A stretch of 64,000 nt of DNA from Candidatus Bathyarchaeota archaeon. Lineage in GTDB: Archaea; Thermoproteota; Bathyarchaeia; 40CM-2-53-6. Positions 62,346 to 64,000 of the stretch are shown here, one piece after another. The stretch covers positions 96,001 through 160,000 of the forward strand of contig CAVPLU010000010.1 of assembly GCA_963706285.1 (NCBI GenBank). Direction: 5' to 3'. Within the stretch, counting starts at the first letter, position 1; every line of letters starts with the position of its first letter. A model generated the notes under the pieces. That model did no database searches. It was not told where the DNA came from and worked only from the letters and a program-made list of their open reading frames with translations. The translations under genes were made by a program, and so were the position numbers.

Positions 62346-63962
62346 ATGAAAACTACAGGGGTCTTCGCAAGAAAGTCTTCTGGCCTCATCAGAGTGATGT
62401 CACCGTACTCAGCTTTTGCATATAACGTGATGAACATAGGCGTCATCTTCCCATGGGTATACCTGATCTGCGTGGGAGTCTGGCCTGACGCAGACGTTCC
62501 AACAGGAATTCTGATCTGCGGAATTTTCACTGCATTCTTGGCGGTTGTCTACTCAGGTCTCGCTGCCGCAATGCCTAGGACTGGTGGCGACTATGTCTTC
62601 CAAAGCCGCACACTGAAGCCATGGATTGGCTTCGCAATAGTAGCGACAATGATCATTACGATGTTCTGCCATTGGCAGTCCCTTGCAGGATGGCTAACGT
62701 CTGTCCTGGGATTTGCGCCGCTATTTACTGGCCTCGGGTTAACGACTAACAGCATGCAGTTGCTGGATCTGGGACTCTGGTTCACCACGCCGGTAGGAAT
62801 ATGGATTACCACCGCAGTATTCTCAGCGATCGCCGCCGCTGTTCTCATTAAGAGCTTCAAATGGTTCGTTCAGATACAATGGGTCATGTGGTACGGCTTC
62901 CTTCTCAGCTTCGTGGTGATGGTCGTGATGTTCTTCATGACTCCCAACGAAGTCTTCATCGCACGATTCAATCAGGAGATGAACATACTTGCACCGAACA
63001 TACCTGACTACTATCACTACGTAACCGAGCAAGCAATCACAAACGGTTTCGTGCCGGTCGCAGGCATCTCTTTGGCCTCAACGCTCTTCGTCGTACCAGT
63101 CGCGTTGACTAGCTTGGGATGGGTTGGTTATACACAAGAGCAGGCTGGCGAAATTCAGGGAGCCTCGAGCCTCAAGAACCAGTTATTCATCAACCTAGGT
63201 GGCGGTCTTTTCAGCACGGCCATGATGATGATACTGGCATATGCGTTCATCAATTCAGTGGGACAAGGCTGGCTTGCAAGTGCATCGTACGGGAGCTACC
63301 TCACTGGGACAGTAAGTATGCCGATTCCACCCTGGTTCAGCAACCTCGCAGCAGTACTGAGCGACAATCCATTTCTCGTATTCGTGATGATAATTGGAAT
63401 ACTCCTGAACGCAATCCAGATTGTCTTCAACGTCATGATCGGTTGGACAAGAGTAGCCGTAGCCATGTCTATCGATGGTGTATTTCCAAAATTCGTCAGC
63501 AGCGTAAATGAACGAACTCACACCCCGGCAAATGCTCACATCATATTCCTGATTCTGGGCGGAATGATATACCCGTACATCTACAACTTCGTTCCCGGCT
63601 ACATCATATACACGCTAGCCGTGACGGCTGTTGCAACGGTCCTCTACATTGGAGCATCCGTGGGCGGAGCGATTTTCCCATGGACCCGAAAGCAAGTCTA
63701 TGACACATCACCTATCGCAAAGTACAAGGTCGCTGGTATCCCGGTGATCACAATCTGCGGTATCATCGCCGGAGTGTTCAGTATCTGGATGCTGTACTGG
63801 TACATGACGGTTCCAGGACTGGGAGTGGCAAATCCTGTCTCTGAGGGAATCATGCTGGCGATATTCTTGTTCTGGCTTGCGTACTACTTCATCCGACGCT
63901 GGTGGCTCAAGAGAGTAGGCATTGAGCTGGAGCTTGCCTTCAAGGAAGTACCTCCTATCTAG
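62346..63962 (+). CDS. APC family amino acid permease
   Basis: FARKSSGLIR, AMPRTGGDYVF, SIDGVFPK...VNERTHTP, about 12 TM helices. Confidence 0.88.
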   Translation: MKTTGVFARKSSGLIRVMSPYSAFAYNVMNIGVIFPWVYLICVGVWPDADVPTGILICGIFTAFLAVVYSGLAAAMPRTGGDYVFQSRTLKPWIGFAIVATMIITMFCHWQSLAGWLTSVLGFAPLFTGLGLTTNSMQLLDLGLWFTTPVGIWITTAVFSAIAAAVLIKSFKWFVQIQWVMWYGFLLSFVVMVVMFFMTPNEVFIARFNQEMNILAPNIPDYYHYVTEQAITNGFVPVAGISLASTLFVVPVALTSLGWVGYTQEQAGEIQGASSLKNQLFINLGGGLFSTAMMMILAYAFINSVGQGWLASASYGSYLTGTVSMPIPPWFSNLAAVLSDNPFLVFVMIIGILLNAIQIVFNVMIGWTRVAVAMSIDGVFPKFVSSVNERTHTPANAHIIFLILGGMIYPYIYNFVPGYIIYTLAVTAVATVLYIGASVGGAIFPWTRKQVYDTSPIAKYKVAGIPVITICGIIAGVFSIWMLYWYMTVPGLGVANPVSEGIMLAIFLFWLAYYFIRRWWLKRVGIELELAFKEVPPI

Positions 63963-64000
63963 AACTGATTGAGGCCCCCTCTTTCTTTCTCTGTAGTAAA

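Overview
Archaeal chromosome segment, TACK-like and most consistent with Bathyarchaeia (inference from gene content). Housekeeping content: the TFE-aTrm56-MBF1-PUA-NAC cluster, A/V-type ATPase A/B/D with subunit F displaced 25 kb away, korDABC followed by an hdrA-mvhD fusion and hdrCB, argF/pyrI/pyrB, and two intron-containing tRNAs (Val-TAC with a non-canonical 22/23 intron; Pro-CGG with a canonical 37/38 intron). Many genes, especially at 34-50 kb, carry single-base frameshifts typical of unpolished long-read consensus, so those coordinates are approximate. Main observations not in the ORF track: (1) an amt-glnA-glutamate synthase cluster without PII/glnK, with a shared promoter-proximal motif, an internally duplicated Lrp-like regulator and an unannotated 38-aa zinc-finger microprotein; (2) a family of degenerate tRNA-3'-end repeats (GTTCAAAT-N5-CGCCCGC-ACCA) between co-oriented accessory genes after tRNA-Val and across a 43.7-50.3 kb defence-like island, resembling a tRNA-anchored cassette array; (3) a candidate ~155-nt structured ncRNA after nac; (4) a paired palindromic operator before a wHTH-Hsp20-protease operon; (5) a surface protein with a 56% tyrosine tract; (6) an NTase-like / metallophosphoesterase / APC permease module. 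No CRISPR array, rRNA, integrase or transposase was seen.
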